Origin: Kofleriaceae bacterium
GTDB lineage: Bacteria; Myxococcota_A; Polyangia; Haliangiales; Haliangiaceae
Assembly: GCA_046597055.1 (NCBI GenBank)
Contig: JBKJLC010000301.1
Span: forward strand, 32,001 to 96,000
DNA length: 64,000 nucleotides
Direction: 5' to 3'
In this document: positions 49,070 through 59,971 of the stretch, piece after piece
Layout: every line of letters begins with the position of its first letter
Numbering within the stretch: position 1 is the first letter of the stretch
Made by a program: the position numbers and the translations under genes
Notes under the pieces: generated by a model
The model's input: only the letters and a program-made list of their open reading frames with translations
What the model was told of the DNA's origin: nothing
Database searches by the model: none

Positions 49070-49778
49070 CCTCATCCCTCCCGCGGTGGTGGTGCAAGGC
49101 GGCAAGGTGCCCGGCGACGTGCCAGGCGGTGGCGGTGGCGGCATCGGCCAACCGCGCCGCAAGCGCCGCATGGCGAACTACCTCCTCGACAAGCGTCTGC
49201 AGCTTCGCTACGTCGTGATCGTCACGCTGGTGTCGCTCGCGATCGCCGGCACGCTCGGCTACCTCATCTACCAGCAGGAGCACCGCGCCTCGGCCGATCT
49301 GCTCGCCGGGCTCGAGGAGCTCGCCAACGATCCGACCCTGCAGGGGTTCGATCCCGGAACCCTGCAGGAATACCAGCGCACCACGATGGCCGACATCGAG
49401 GCGCGCGACCGCACCCTGGTGCTGCAGATGCTCGCGGTCGGCGTCGGCCTGACCGTGATCCTGTCGGGCTACCTCATCATCATGACCCACAAGGTCGCGG
49501 GGCCGCTCTACAAGGTCGGGCTCTACATGGAGAAGATGGCCGAAGGCCACCTCCACGAGACCACGCCGCTGCGCCGCGGCGACATGCTGCAGGACTTCTA
49601 CGAAGCGTTCCGCGAGGCCCACCAGGGCGTGCGCGCGCGCCTCAAGGGCGACGCCGAGGTGGTCGCAAGGTTCGTGCGCGCCACCAGCGATGCGCCCGGC
49701 GAGGTCGGGGCGGCCGCGGCCGCGGAGCTCGGGGCGCTGGCGCAGCACGCCGAGCTGCGGCGCAAATCCCTGGGCTGA
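49062..49778 (+). CDS. Paralogous two-TM HAMP-like membrane protein
   Basis: YLLDKRLQLRY-TM1...TM2-MTHKVAGPL...LRRGDML.DFY. TTG start with AAGGAGG, overlapping the previous gene. Confidence 0.8.
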   Translation: MSDLIPPAVVVQGGKVPGDVPGGGGGGIGQPRRKRRMANYLLDKRLQLRYVVIVTLVSLAIAGTLGYLIYQQEHRASADLLAGLEELANDPTLQGFDPGTLQEYQRTTMADIEARDRTLVLQMLAVGVGLTVILSGYLIIMTHKVAGPLYKVGLYMEKMAEGHLHETTPLRRGDMLQDFYEAFREAHQGVRARLKGDAEVVARFVRATSDAPGEVGAAAAAELGALAQHAELRRKSLG

Positions 49779-49865
49779 TCCCGGCGCCCGGTGGCGAGCG
49801 CTCGGGCTCGCTGCCTTGACAGATCCGCACGTTTGCTCGCGAGGTCGTCGTCGCTAGAGTGCGGC

Positions 49866-51506
49866 ATGTTTCGTAGGCCGGGGTTCGCTCTGGGGCGCGC
49901 GTGTGCCCTGCTCGTCATCGCTGGCTGCGCGGTCGAACGAGGCGAGCCTGCCGGAGATGACGACGGCACGCCGGGCGAGCCAGGCGTGCCGGGCGAGGAG
50001 GCGCCGTTTCGCTGGGCCCAGTGCGGCCCTGCCCGCGGGCCACTGCCGCCGCTGATCGAGGACCGCCGCGTCTACGCGCAGGACTCGCTCGAGGTCTGGG
50101 ACGTGCATCTCACCATCACCGATCTCGAGGCGCTGGCCGAGGTCGACGCCGGCGTCGCGGACGCGGTGGTGCCGGTCGGGTTCAGCGAGGGCACGTTCGG
50201 CGCCGGCCTCGCCGAGCCCAACGCGATGCTCCAGCTGCGCGGCGAGTCGTCCCGGCGCGCGCCGGTGAAGAGCTACAAGGTCAAGCTGGCCGACGGGGCC
50301 GGGCGCTGGCGCGGCCAGCGCGAGATCAACCTGAACAAGCACGGGTTCGATCTCACCCGCGTGCGCAACAAGCTCGCGTTCGACCTGTTCCCCGCCATCG
50401 AACACTTCACGAGCCTGCGCACCCAGTTCGTCCACCTGTTCGTCAACGGCGCGGACCACGGGCTCTACACCTGGATCGAGGAGGCCGACACGCACTTCCT
50501 GCGCAGTCACGGCCTCGATCCGGACGGCCAGCTCTACAAGGCGTCGAGCTTCCACTTCCAGGATCTGCTGGCCGACGTGGCGGCCGACCCGGCGATGCTC
50601 GACGTGCGCATCGAGCCCAAGGCCAACCCCGACCCGGCCAAGCTGCTGGCGGTGGTGGCCGCCATCCACGACCCGGCGGTCGACCCCGACGCGACCATCG
50701 ATCGCTACTTCAACCGCGACAACCTGGTGACCTGGCTCGCGGTGAACGTGCTGCTGAACAACATCGACACGTTCACGCACAACTACTACCTGTACAGCCC
50801 GTCGAGCTGCGACGGCTGGTACTTCCTGCCGTGGGACTACGACGGTGCGTGGGGCTTCTACGGCCAGGCCGGTCGGGTCGACGACCGCAAGCGCTGGCAG
50901 GCCGGGCTGTCGAGCTGGTGGCCGTCGCACCTGTTCAAGCGCTTCCTGTCGCGCCCGGCCAACGTCGCGGCCGTGCACGCGCGCATCGCCGAGCTGGCCG
51001 ACACCGTGCTCACCGGGGAGGTGACCGAGGCGCGCCTGGCCGGCTATCGCGACCTCGTGCAGACGTTCATCACGACCGCGCCGGATCTCGCGCTGGTGTC
51101 GGGCGCCAACGGCTCGGCGACCCGCGCGGTCGAGCTGTGGGACCGCGAGCTGACCCGGATCACCTCGACCGCGGCCCGGTTCCGCGCCGAGCACGAGGTC
51201 GTGGCCGAGCGACCGATGCCGGTCCACCTGGGCGCGACGGTGCGCTCGTCGACGATCGTGTTCAGCTGGGGCAGCTCGTTCGATCTGCAGCACCACCCGC
51301 TCACCTACGATCTCGAGCTCAGCCGGACCCCTGCCTTTGCGCCCGCCGACCTGGTCGTCACCCGGCCGGGGCTGGTCACCACCAGCGCCACGATCCCGCG
51401 CCTGCCGGCGGGCACCTACTACGCGCGGGTGGTCATCGAGGATGGTCAGACCGCGGACAGCTGGCAGCTGCCGTACAACCCGCACGAGCGGGTCGTGATC
51501 GACTGA
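49866..51506 (+). CDS. CotH kinase-family lipoprotein with C-terminal FN3-like domain
   Basis: Lipobox IAGC, LRGESSR..VKSYKVKL, INLNK...RVRNKLAFDLF, GLY..IE, N.D...HNYYLY...LPWDYD. Confidence 0.88.
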   Translation: MFRRPGFALGRACALLVIAGCAVERGEPAGDDDGTPGEPGVPGEEAPFRWAQCGPARGPLPPLIEDRRVYAQDSLEVWDVHLTITDLEALAEVDAGVADAVVPVGFSEGTFGAGLAEPNAMLQLRGESSRRAPVKSYKVKLADGAGRWRGQREINLNKHGFDLTRVRNKLAFDLFPAIEHFTSLRTQFVHLFVNGADHGLYTWIEEADTHFLRSHGLDPDGQLYKASSFHFQDLLADVAADPAMLDVRIEPKANPDPAKLLAVVAAIHDPAVDPDATIDRYFNRDNLVTWLAVNVLLNNIDTFTHNYYLYSPSSCDGWYFLPWDYDGAWGFYGQAGRVDDRKRWQAGLSSWWPSHLFKRFLSRPANVAAVHARIAELADTVLTGEVTEARLAGYRDLVQTFITTAPDLALVSGANGSATRAVELWDRELTRITSTAARFRAEHEVVAERPMPVHLGATVRSSTIVFSWGSSFDLQHHPLTYDLELSRTPAFAPADLVVTRPGLVTTSATIPRLPAGTYYARVVIEDGQTADSWQLPYNPHERVVID

Positions 51507-51587
51507 CGCCCGAGCGGGTGGGTGCGCGCCCGGGAAACCTCGCAGGCGCTCGTGCTGGGCCGCGCCGGGGTGATAGCGTCGGAGCCG

Positions 51588-53500
51588 ATGACGACGCTGT
51601 GCGAGCTCGGGGATCGCTACTGGGCCCTGGGACTGCCGGCGGCGGCGCGCAGCGTGTTCGCGCGGGCGCTGGCAGCGGCCGCGCCGACCGATCCGGTCCC
51701 GGCCCGCCGGCTGGCCGAGCTGGCCCTCGCGGTCGGCGACGTGGCTGCGGCCAGGAAGCATGCCGCCGAGGTCGCCCGGCGTGAGCCCGGGCCGGCGGCG
51801 CGGGTGCTGCTGGGCCAGGCCCAGCTCGCGGCCGGCGAGACCGCCGCCGCGCGCATGTCGTTCGTCGCCGCGATCGACGCGGCCGGGGCCACGTCGCCGC
51901 AGCGGGCGCGGGCCCGGCTCGGCCTGGCGGCCGCCAACAGCGTCGACGGCGACGTCGCCGGTGGCGCCGCCAACGCGACCGCGGCGCTCGAGGAGCTGGC
52001 CGGGGCGCTCGCGGACGGCAAGGTCGCGCTCGACGCGCGGGAGGCGCTGTGCGATCGCGAGGTCGGCCTGTTCGAGGAGATCGTCGCCCGGGTGGCCGGC
52101 GGCGGCGGCGCCGCCGATGCCAGCGCGCACCTCGCCACGCTGCGCGCACACCAGCCCGACGCGCCCCTCGGCCTGTGGGCGGCGCTGCTGCTGGCGGCCC
52201 GCCACGCCGGCGGCGAGCGCGGGGTGACCGAGAGCCAGATCGAGGCGGCGCTGGCCGCCGAGCTGGCGGTGCGGCCCACCTCGCGCGCGGTGCGGGTCCG
52301 ACTGATCGAGCGCCAGCTGCGGCGCCGCTCGAGCGATCCGACCGCGCGCAACCAGGCGATCGGCGAGCTCGAGAGCCTGCAGCAGCGGCTCGAGGCCGAG
52401 GCGACCCCGGAGTCGAACATCGAGCTCGCGCGCGTGTGGTTCCTGCTCGCGGCCGCCTACGAGGACGATCCGGCCACGGTGGCCCGCGCCGAGGACGCCT
52501 ATCGCAAGGGGCTGCGCCTGCGGCCCGGCCACGCCGAGGCCGCGTGTCGACTGGCGCTCCTGATCCTCGACCGCGGCGACACCGAGGCCGCGCTGTTGGA
52601 GATCGAGCGGGCCCTGCGCATCGATGGCGGCCATGGCCTGGCCTGGCGCAACGCGGCCCGCATGCTCGACGCGTCGAGCCCGGCGCTGGCCGACATGGTC
52701 GAGCGCCTGCTCGAGGCCGCGCTGCCGGGCGCCGGTGCGGCAGCCGGGCACGTCGCGCCGCGCCTGGTCACCGCCACCGTCGAGCAGGCCCGTGGCGACG
52801 TCCTCGCCGGTGTCTACGCCCACGGCCACCGGGTCAAGAACACGCTCGGCATCATCGGCTCGCGCACCCGGAGCGCGCGCAAGCTGGCCGGCGAGGGCGA
52901 GCTGGCCGACCGGCTGCGCGATCTCGAGCGCGAGGTGACCTCGCTCTACGAGGAGTGGGCGCGATACCTGCGCTCGATGCAGGCGACCGGGCCGACCGTC
53001 GAGGTGGTCGCGGTTGCGTCGCTGGTACACGAGGTGGTCGCGGCGGCCAGCGCCCGCGCGACCGTGACGATCGAGGTCCAGGTCGCGTCGGCGCTGCCCG
53101 ACCTGCGCGGCGACAAGCTGCTGCTGCGCGAGGCGCTGCTCAATTTGGTGCAGAACGCGGCCGACGCCGCCGACAAGACCGCCGGCACCGTCACCGTCAC
53201 CGCGCGCGCGGTCACGACCGCGGCCGCGCCCGCGGTCGAGATCGTCGTCACCGATACCGGGCCCGGCATCCCGCGCGGCGAGCTCGGCCGCATCTTCGTG
53301 CCCGGCTACACCACCAAGGAGACCGGCTCCGGGGTCGGCCTGACCATCGCCGAGCGCGTCATCACCGCCCATCACGGCCGCATCCTGGTCGACAGCGAGG
53401 AGGGTCGCGGTACCGTCATGACCGTGATCCTGCCGTCGGATCTCGGAGGCTTCTCGAGCCTGGCGGCGCTGGGCACCCGGCGCGACCGGGTAGGTGGCTG

Positions 53501-53501
<1 letters not shown>
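51588..53501 (+). CDS. Soluble TPR-domain sensor histidine kinase
   Basis: TPR-like repeats, H-box AHGHRVKNTLG, N-box NLVQNAADA, G1 DTGPGI, F-box FVPGYTTK, G2 GSGVGL. No TM segment. Confidence 0.88.
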
Positions 53502-54976
<1,475 letters not shown>

Positions 54977-54979
54977 CCG

Positions 54980-55753
54980 ATGGGCCTGTTCTCGCGCATG
55001 AAGGGGGGCATCAAGGCGAAGGCCAACGCGGCGATCGACCGCGCGATCGACCCCGAGAAGGAGATCGCGATGGCGATCCTCGAGCTGGAGGAGCAGCGCA
55101 AGAAGGCGCTCCAGGAGCTGGTCACCTACAAGGCCAACGCCAAGCAGATGGACGAGCAGGTCAAGCAGCAGGAGGCGCGGGCCGCGACCTGGGAGAAGCG
55201 CGCGATGGCCGCGGTCACGGCCGGTGACGACGAGGCCGCCCGCGAGGCGCTGCGCCAGAAGAAGGCGTCGCAGGCCGAGGCCGACAAGATCAAGCGCGAT
55301 CGCGACGAGTCGGCCGGCTACGCGATCCAGCTCAACAAGAGTCGCAAGGAGTTCGAGACCAAGCTCCAGATCCTGAAGCTGAAGAAGGGCACGCTCGCGA
55401 CCCAGCTGGCGGCCGCCCGCGCGCCCGGCGGCGACGCCTTTGGCAACGACAGCTCGGTCTGGGATCGCTTCCAGACCGCCGAGGATCGCATCGAGACCGA
55501 CGCGATCGCGACCGAGGTCGACGCCGCGATGCGCGGCGAGCAGGCCGCCGACGCCGAGCTCGAGGCCAAGATCCTGAGCGCCGGCGCCGCCGCCGGGGTG
55601 GTGGCGCCGGCCGGCACCGACGACGCGCTCGCGGCGCTCAAGGACAAGATCGCCGCGGATCGCGAGGCCCGCCAGCGGTCGCTCGCCGAGACCCAGGCCC
55701 GCGCGCTCGGCGCCGGCAAGCCCGACCCCAAGAAGGGCGGGGCGGGCGCGTGA
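54980..55753 (+). CDS. pspA: PspA/IM30 (Vipp1/ESCRT-III-like) family protein
   Basis: MGLFSRM...KANAAIDRAIDPEK, coiled coil, WEKRAMAAV.AGDDEAAREAL, F...EDRI, DDALAALK. Confidence 0.9.
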   Translation: MGLFSRMKGGIKAKANAAIDRAIDPEKEIAMAILELEEQRKKALQELVTYKANAKQMDEQVKQQEARAATWEKRAMAAVTAGDDEAAREALRQKKASQAEADKIKRDRDESAGYAIQLNKSRKEFETKLQILKLKKGTLATQLAAARAPGGDAFGNDSSVWDRFQTAEDRIETDAIATEVDAAMRGEQAADAELEAKILSAGAAAGVVAPAGTDDALAALKDKIAADREARQRSLAETQARALGAGKPDPKKGGAGA

Positions 55754-56148
55754 CCGCTGGCGACGATGAGCCCCTGCTCATGCGTCTGCGCGACCTCGCG
55801 CTGGTCGACCTCGACGCCCTGCTCACCGGTGCCGAGGGGGCTCACTACGCCGCGCTCCTGGTCGGCCACGGCGAGGACCTCGAGGACGCCTTGCGCACGG
55901 CGCGCGCCCGCGCCGCCGACTTGCAGAAGGCGATCACGACCGGCGACCCCATGCTCCTCCTCGACGCCGGCTTCGCCATCCGCGCCAAGGACGGCGGCCG
56001 CGACGCCGCCGAGCGGGCCGCCCGCAGGCTGGTCGCCCGCGCCGCCGCCGCCCGTGCCCTCGCCCGCCTCGACGATCTCGCCGCCGGCCTCTATCCCCGC
56101 CTGGTCGAGGCCGACCGCCGCCGCGCCTCCCTCGGCACCGCCGGGTAG
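55750..56148 (+). CDS. Hypothetical helical protein coupled to pspA
   Basis: GTGA overlap with the pspA stop and a typical GC3 pattern. Confidence 0.65.
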   Translation: MTAGDDEPLLMRLRDLALVDLDALLTGAEGAHYAALLVGHGEDLEDALRTARARAADLQKAITTGDPMLLLDAGFAIRAKDGGRDAAERAARRLVARAAAARALARLDDLAAGLYPRLVEADRRRASLGTAG

Positions 56149-56195
56149 CGCCGTCCCGCACGGCCGGTGCGCGCCCAAGGAAACTGCGCTGGCCA

Positions 56196-56225
56196 TTGTC
56201 TCAACCGACGCACCCTCCCTATAGT
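56196..56225 (+). promoter_or_regulatory. Sigma70-type promoter, leaderless candidate
   Basis: TTGTCT-N18-TATAGT, then 7 nt to ATG 56233. Confidence 0.65.
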
Positions 56226-56232
56226 GCGCGCG

Positions 56233-56838
56233 ATGTCGGAGGACGAGGACGACCTCCTGGCACGCGCGCGGAAGGGTGACGCCCCTGCCTTTGGCGCCCT
56301 CGTGCGCCGGTACCAGCGCCGCGTGTACTCCGCCGCACTCCACGTCACCGGGAATCACAGTGACGCCGACGACGTCACTCAGGAAACCTTCGTGCGCGCG
56401 TACCGGGGACTGGCCTCGTTCGACGGCCGCGCCGACTTCTTCACCTGGCTGTATCGCATCGCGATCAACACCGGGCTCAACCGGCTGCGCTCGACCAAGC
56501 GCACCGCCGCCCTCGCCCAGGCGGGCTCTGCCGACGTCGATCAGGTCGGCGGCCGGCCCGAGGCGCTCGGCGCCGCGCGGCTCCTGCCCGACGAGCAGGC
56601 CCGGCTGAGCCAGGAGGTGCGCGCGGTGCTGGTCGCGGTGTCGCAGCTGTCGGTGTCGCTCCGCGTCACGCTGGTCATGGCGACCGTCGAGGCCCTGCCG
56701 CACAAGCAGATCGCCCAGATTCTCGACATCCCCGAGGGGACCGTGGCCTGGCGGGTCAACGAAGCGCGCCGGATCCTGCGCGAGCAGCTCGGCGACGTTG
56801 CGCCGGTCCGCGCAAAAAAGGGTCACGGGCCGACCTGA
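56233..56838 (+). CDS. ECF sigma-70 factor
   Basis: GDAPAFGALVRRYQRRVY, DADDVTQETF, FFTWLYRIAIN, IAQILDIPEGTV. Confidence 0.92.
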   Translation: MSEDEDDLLARARKGDAPAFGALVRRYQRRVYSAALHVTGNHSDADDVTQETFVRAYRGLASFDGRADFFTWLYRIAINTGLNRLRSTKRTAALAQAGSADVDQVGGRPEALGAARLLPDEQARLSQEVRAVLVAVSQLSVSLRVTLVMATVEALPHKQIAQILDIPEGTVAWRVNEARRILREQLGDVAPVRAKKGHGPT

Positions 56839-56900
56839 TTCTGATCTAGACCTATGGGGTCCGCTGACGATCGAGAAGCTGGTACCGAGAATTGAGGACG

Positions 56901-58235
56901 ATGCCCGACGAGATCGACGACCTGGTACGCGCGGCGGCGAAGGCCCACGAGGGTCTCGCGCCGGCGGGCTATTTCGACGACCTCGATCGGCGCGTGCTCG
57001 CTCGGCTGGATCGATCGCACGGTGAGCTCGCTGACCTTCCGGAGGCTGTATCGATGATGTCCGAGACCGAGAACCACAGCGGCCGCGATCGTGGAACCTC
57101 CCCCGAGGGAGCGCTGCCACGCGATGGCGAAGACTCCGGGCTACACGACATGCGCGCGCTCGCGCAGACGACCAAGGCGCGCATCTCGCGCCGGGTCACC
57201 AGCCAGCACGACGCGCTCGACGACTCGCTCGCCTCGTCGTCGAGCGGCCTGCGCGCGGTTGCGCTGCCCGAGCCCGCCCGGCTGGTGGCGCTGCCTGACA
57301 TGCCGCTCGCGACCGGGACGTCCAGTGTCGCCCGGATCGTGGGCCCCGGCGCCGCCCGCAGCGCCGGCGCGGTCCCGCCGATTCGCCGTCGGAAGACCGG
57401 CATGATGGTCGCGATGGGCGCCGGTCTGTTCGCGGTCGCGGTCGGCGCCGTCGTCGTGCTCGGCGGCGGCCGCGACCAGGCCGAGCCCAGTGCCGCGTCC
57501 GAGGCGGCCGTGGCCACTGGCACGGCCGCGGACCCCGCGGTTCGCCCGCTGGATACCGCAGCGGCGGCGCCGGTGGTCGCGCCCACCGGTGCCTCCGCAC
57601 CGTCGGGCACGGCGGCGGGTGCCGGGGCCGGCACCAGCAGCACCAGCGGGACCGGCGCGAGCAACGCCGGCACCCGCGACCAGGTCGCCGAGGCATCGGC
57701 CGCGGCCAAGCGCGATGGCCGCGCCGACGGCGCCGTGGCGCCCCGCACCGCCGCCGACAAGCCGGCGGACCGCCGGGCCAAGCCCGACGCCGACCGCCCG
57801 GCGGGCGCCAAGCCGGCCAAGGACGGGGCCGCGCCCGCGAGCGCACCAGGCGCGAAGCCGGCCACCGGCGGTGGCGACAAGAGCATCGAAGACCTGCTCG
57901 ACGAGGCCTCGGGTGGCGCGCAGAAGCCGTCCGAGGTGGGCAGCGCGCCCAAGGGCCCCGAAAAGACCGGGCTCGACGGCAAGGACATCAAGGCCGGCAT
58001 GTCCGCAGTCGCGGGCCGCGCCCAGGCCTGCTTCGATACCCACGGTGTCGCGGGTCACGTGAAGGTCAAGGCGACCGTCGACGCGAGCGGCAAGGTCACC
58101 AAGGCCGACGCGACCGGCGAGTTCGCCGGCACCCCGACCGGCGGCTGCGTCGCGAGCGCGGCGCGGGCCGCCTCGTTCCCGTCGTGGACCGGCGGGCCGA
58201 TGACGATCTCGTACATGTTCACGCTGCAGGAGTAG
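56901..58235 (+). CDS. Single-TM protein with periplasmic TonB-C/AgmX-PglI-like C-terminal domain (putative anti-sigma)
   Basis: N-terminal PAGYFDDL..RV, TM (MMVAMGAGLFAVAVGAVVVL), Ala/Pro linker, C-terminal domain AQACF...VKVKATVDASGKV...GCV...FP..TISYMFTL. Confidence 0.75.
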   Translation: MPDEIDDLVRAAAKAHEGLAPAGYFDDLDRRVLARLDRSHGELADLPEAVSMMSETENHSGRDRGTSPEGALPRDGEDSGLHDMRALAQTTKARISRRVTSQHDALDDSLASSSSGLRAVALPEPARLVALPDMPLATGTSSVARIVGPGAARSAGAVPPIRRRKTGMMVAMGAGLFAVAVGAVVVLGGGRDQAEPSAASEAAVATGTAADPAVRPLDTAAAAPVVAPTGASAPSGTAAGAGAGTSSTSGTGASNAGTRDQVAEASAAAKRDGRADGAVAPRTAADKPADRRAKPDADRPAGAKPAKDGAAPASAPGAKPATGGGDKSIEDLLDEASGGAQKPSEVGSAPKGPEKTGLDGKDIKAGMSAVAGRAQACFDTHGVAGHVKVKATVDASGKVTKADATGEFAGTPTGGCVASAARAASFPSWTGGPMTISYMFTLQE

Positions 58236-58244
58236 AACGCCCGC

Positions 58245-58277
58245 GAACGCAGCTCGCGGCGGTCGCGAGCTGCGTTC
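58245..58277. terminator. Strong hairpin after the anti-sigma-like gene
   Basis: GAACGCAGCTCGCG-gcggt-CGCGAGCTGCGTTC perfect 14-bp stem, 9 nt after the stop. Confidence 0.6.
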
Positions 58278-58282
58278 TGGGC

Positions 58283-58311
58283 TTGCGCGGGGCGCGGGGC
58301 GTCTGCATGCT
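58283..58311 (+). promoter_or_regulatory. Sigma70-type promoter candidate
   Basis: TTGCGC-N17-CATGCT, then 9 nt to ATG 58321. Confidence 0.5.
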
Positions 58312-58320
58312 CCCCGCGCC

Positions 58321-59397
58321 ATGGCGTCTGGCAAGGCCAACACCGGTAACTATTTCGAGGATTTTCGCGTCGGGCAGCGGCTCCAGCACGCGACTCCTCG
58401 CACGATCCACGGCGGAGATCTCGCCCTCTACGTCGCCCTGACCGGCGACCGTCGCCCGCTGGCGTCGTCGACCGAGTTCGCGCGCTCGCTCGGGTTCGCG
58501 CGCGAGGTCACCCACGACCTGCTCGCGTTCCACCTGGTGTTCGGCAAGACCGTCGCCGACATCTCGCTCAACGCGGTCGCCAACCTCGGCTACTCGCAGG
58601 TGCTGTTCCAGCGCCCGGTCTACCCGGGCGACACGCTGACCGCCGAGAGCGAGATCATCGGCCTGCGCGAGCTGTCCGACGGCAAGCGCGGCGTGGTCTA
58701 CGTGACCTCGCGCGGCTTCAACCAGAAGGGCCAGGAGGTCCTCTCGTATCACCGGTGGGTGATGGTCGAGAAGCGCGACCCCAAGGCCCCGGCGCCGACC
58801 CAGGTCATCCCGGAGTTGCCCACCTCGGTGGCGGTCGCCGACCTGCCGGTGCCCGAGGCGCTCAACCTGGCGCGCTTCCCCAACCTGCGCTGGGCGACCG
58901 GCGGTGCGCACCTCTGGGACGACTACCAGGTCGGCGAGAAGATCGTGCACCACGGCGGCATGACGCTCGAGGAGGCCGACCACACGATGGCGACGCGCCT
59001 CTACCAGAACAGCGCGCGGGTCCACTTCGACCAGCACGCCCAGGCCTCGACCCGGTTCGGCAAGCGCCTGGTCTACGGCGGCCACGTGATCAGCATGGCC
59101 TACGCGCTCGCGCACGGCGGGCTCGAGAACGTGCTGCGGATGGCCGCGTGGAACGGCGGCTCGCACGTCAACCCGACCTTCGCCGGCGACACGATCTATG
59201 CGTGGACCGAGGTCCTCGACAAGGCCGAGCTGCCGTCGCGACGCGACCTCGGCGCGCTGCGCCTGAAGATGGTCGCGGTGAAGAACGTCGATCCGGCCCG
59301 CGAGGACATCAGCCTCGAGATCGAGGTCGACGGCAAGAAGTCGTTCGATCCCCGCGTCGTGCTCGTGCTGGACTACTGGGGCCTGATCCCGCGCTGA
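58321..59397 (+). CDS. mch: Double hot-dog MaoC dehydratase, mesaconyl-CoA hydratase-like
   Basis: GNYFEDFRVGQRLQHATPRT, FGKTVADISLNAVANLGY, RLYQNSARVHF, RLVYGGHVIS, HVNPTFAGDT, VLDYW. These resemble Mch (2-methylfumaryl-CoA hydratase) as I recall it. Confidence 0.82.
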   Translation: MASGKANTGNYFEDFRVGQRLQHATPRTIHGGDLALYVALTGDRRPLASSTEFARSLGFAREVTHDLLAFHLVFGKTVADISLNAVANLGYSQVLFQRPVYPGDTLTAESEIIGLRELSDGKRGVVYVTSRGFNQKGQEVLSYHRWVMVEKRDPKAPAPTQVIPELPTSVAVADLPVPEALNLARFPNLRWATGGAHLWDDYQVGEKIVHHGGMTLEEADHTMATRLYQNSARVHFDQHAQASTRFGKRLVYGGHVISMAYALAHGGLENVLRMAAWNGGSHVNPTFAGDTIYAWTEVLDKAELPSRRDLGALRLKMVAVKNVDPAREDISLEIEVDGKKSFDPRVVLVLDYWGLIPR

Positions 59398-59425
59398 GCC
59401 GGGCCGGTCCCGCGGGCCTGCGCGG

Positions 59426-59971
59426 TCATGGCCGGCGCCGCCGGCCGAGCGCCCAGGTGAGCGCGCCCGCCAGCGCGGCGATCGTGGTGAGGCCGGCCGC
59501 GAGCGTCACGAGCAGCCCGACCCGCGCGCGCGGGGTGACCTCGAACGGGCCGACCGAGGTCAGCGCGGGAGAGGTCGGCGGCGGTATCACGTCGACCGCG
59601 AGCTGCGCGTCGGGGCCGGCGAGGGTGCGCGCGGCGGCGACGGTGGCGTCGTGTAGCGGCCGCGGATCGGCGCCGGAGCGGGTCGCGATCACGGCGGCGA
59701 CGCGGGCCGGGCCGGCGGCGGCCACCCGCGCGAACGGATCGGGGACCGCGAGGTGGACCACGACGGTGGCCCCCGCGACGCCGGGGATCGCCAGGACGTG
59801 CGCGCGCAGGCGCTCGGCGAGGCGGGTCTCGTCGTCGGCGCGCGCGGCCGCGGGGACCGGTGGCAGCGAGCGCTCGACGTCGCAGCCGGCGACCGCCATC
59901 AGGCTGGCGAGCACGAGCGCGCGGCGCGCACCGCGCCGACGGCGTGCGATCGACACCGCGGCGGCGCTCAC
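59426..59971 (-). CDS. Truncated SctJ/YscJ-FliF-like lipoprotein with C-terminal TM
   Basis: Lipobox VAGC, RLAERL...AIPGVAGATVVVHLAVPDPF...PARVAAVI resembling the second ring-building motif, SVGPFEV, then TM and RRRR. GTGA overlap with the upstream gene. Confidence 0.55.
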   Translation of the reverse strand: MSAAAVSIARRRRGARRALVLASLMAVAGCDVERSLPPVPAAARADDETRLAERLRAHVLAIPGVAGATVVVHLAVPDPFARVAAAGPARVAAVIATRSGADPRPLHDATVAAARTLAGPDAQLAVDVIPPPTSPALTSVGPFEVTPRARVGLLVTLAAGLTTIAALAGALTWALGRRRRP

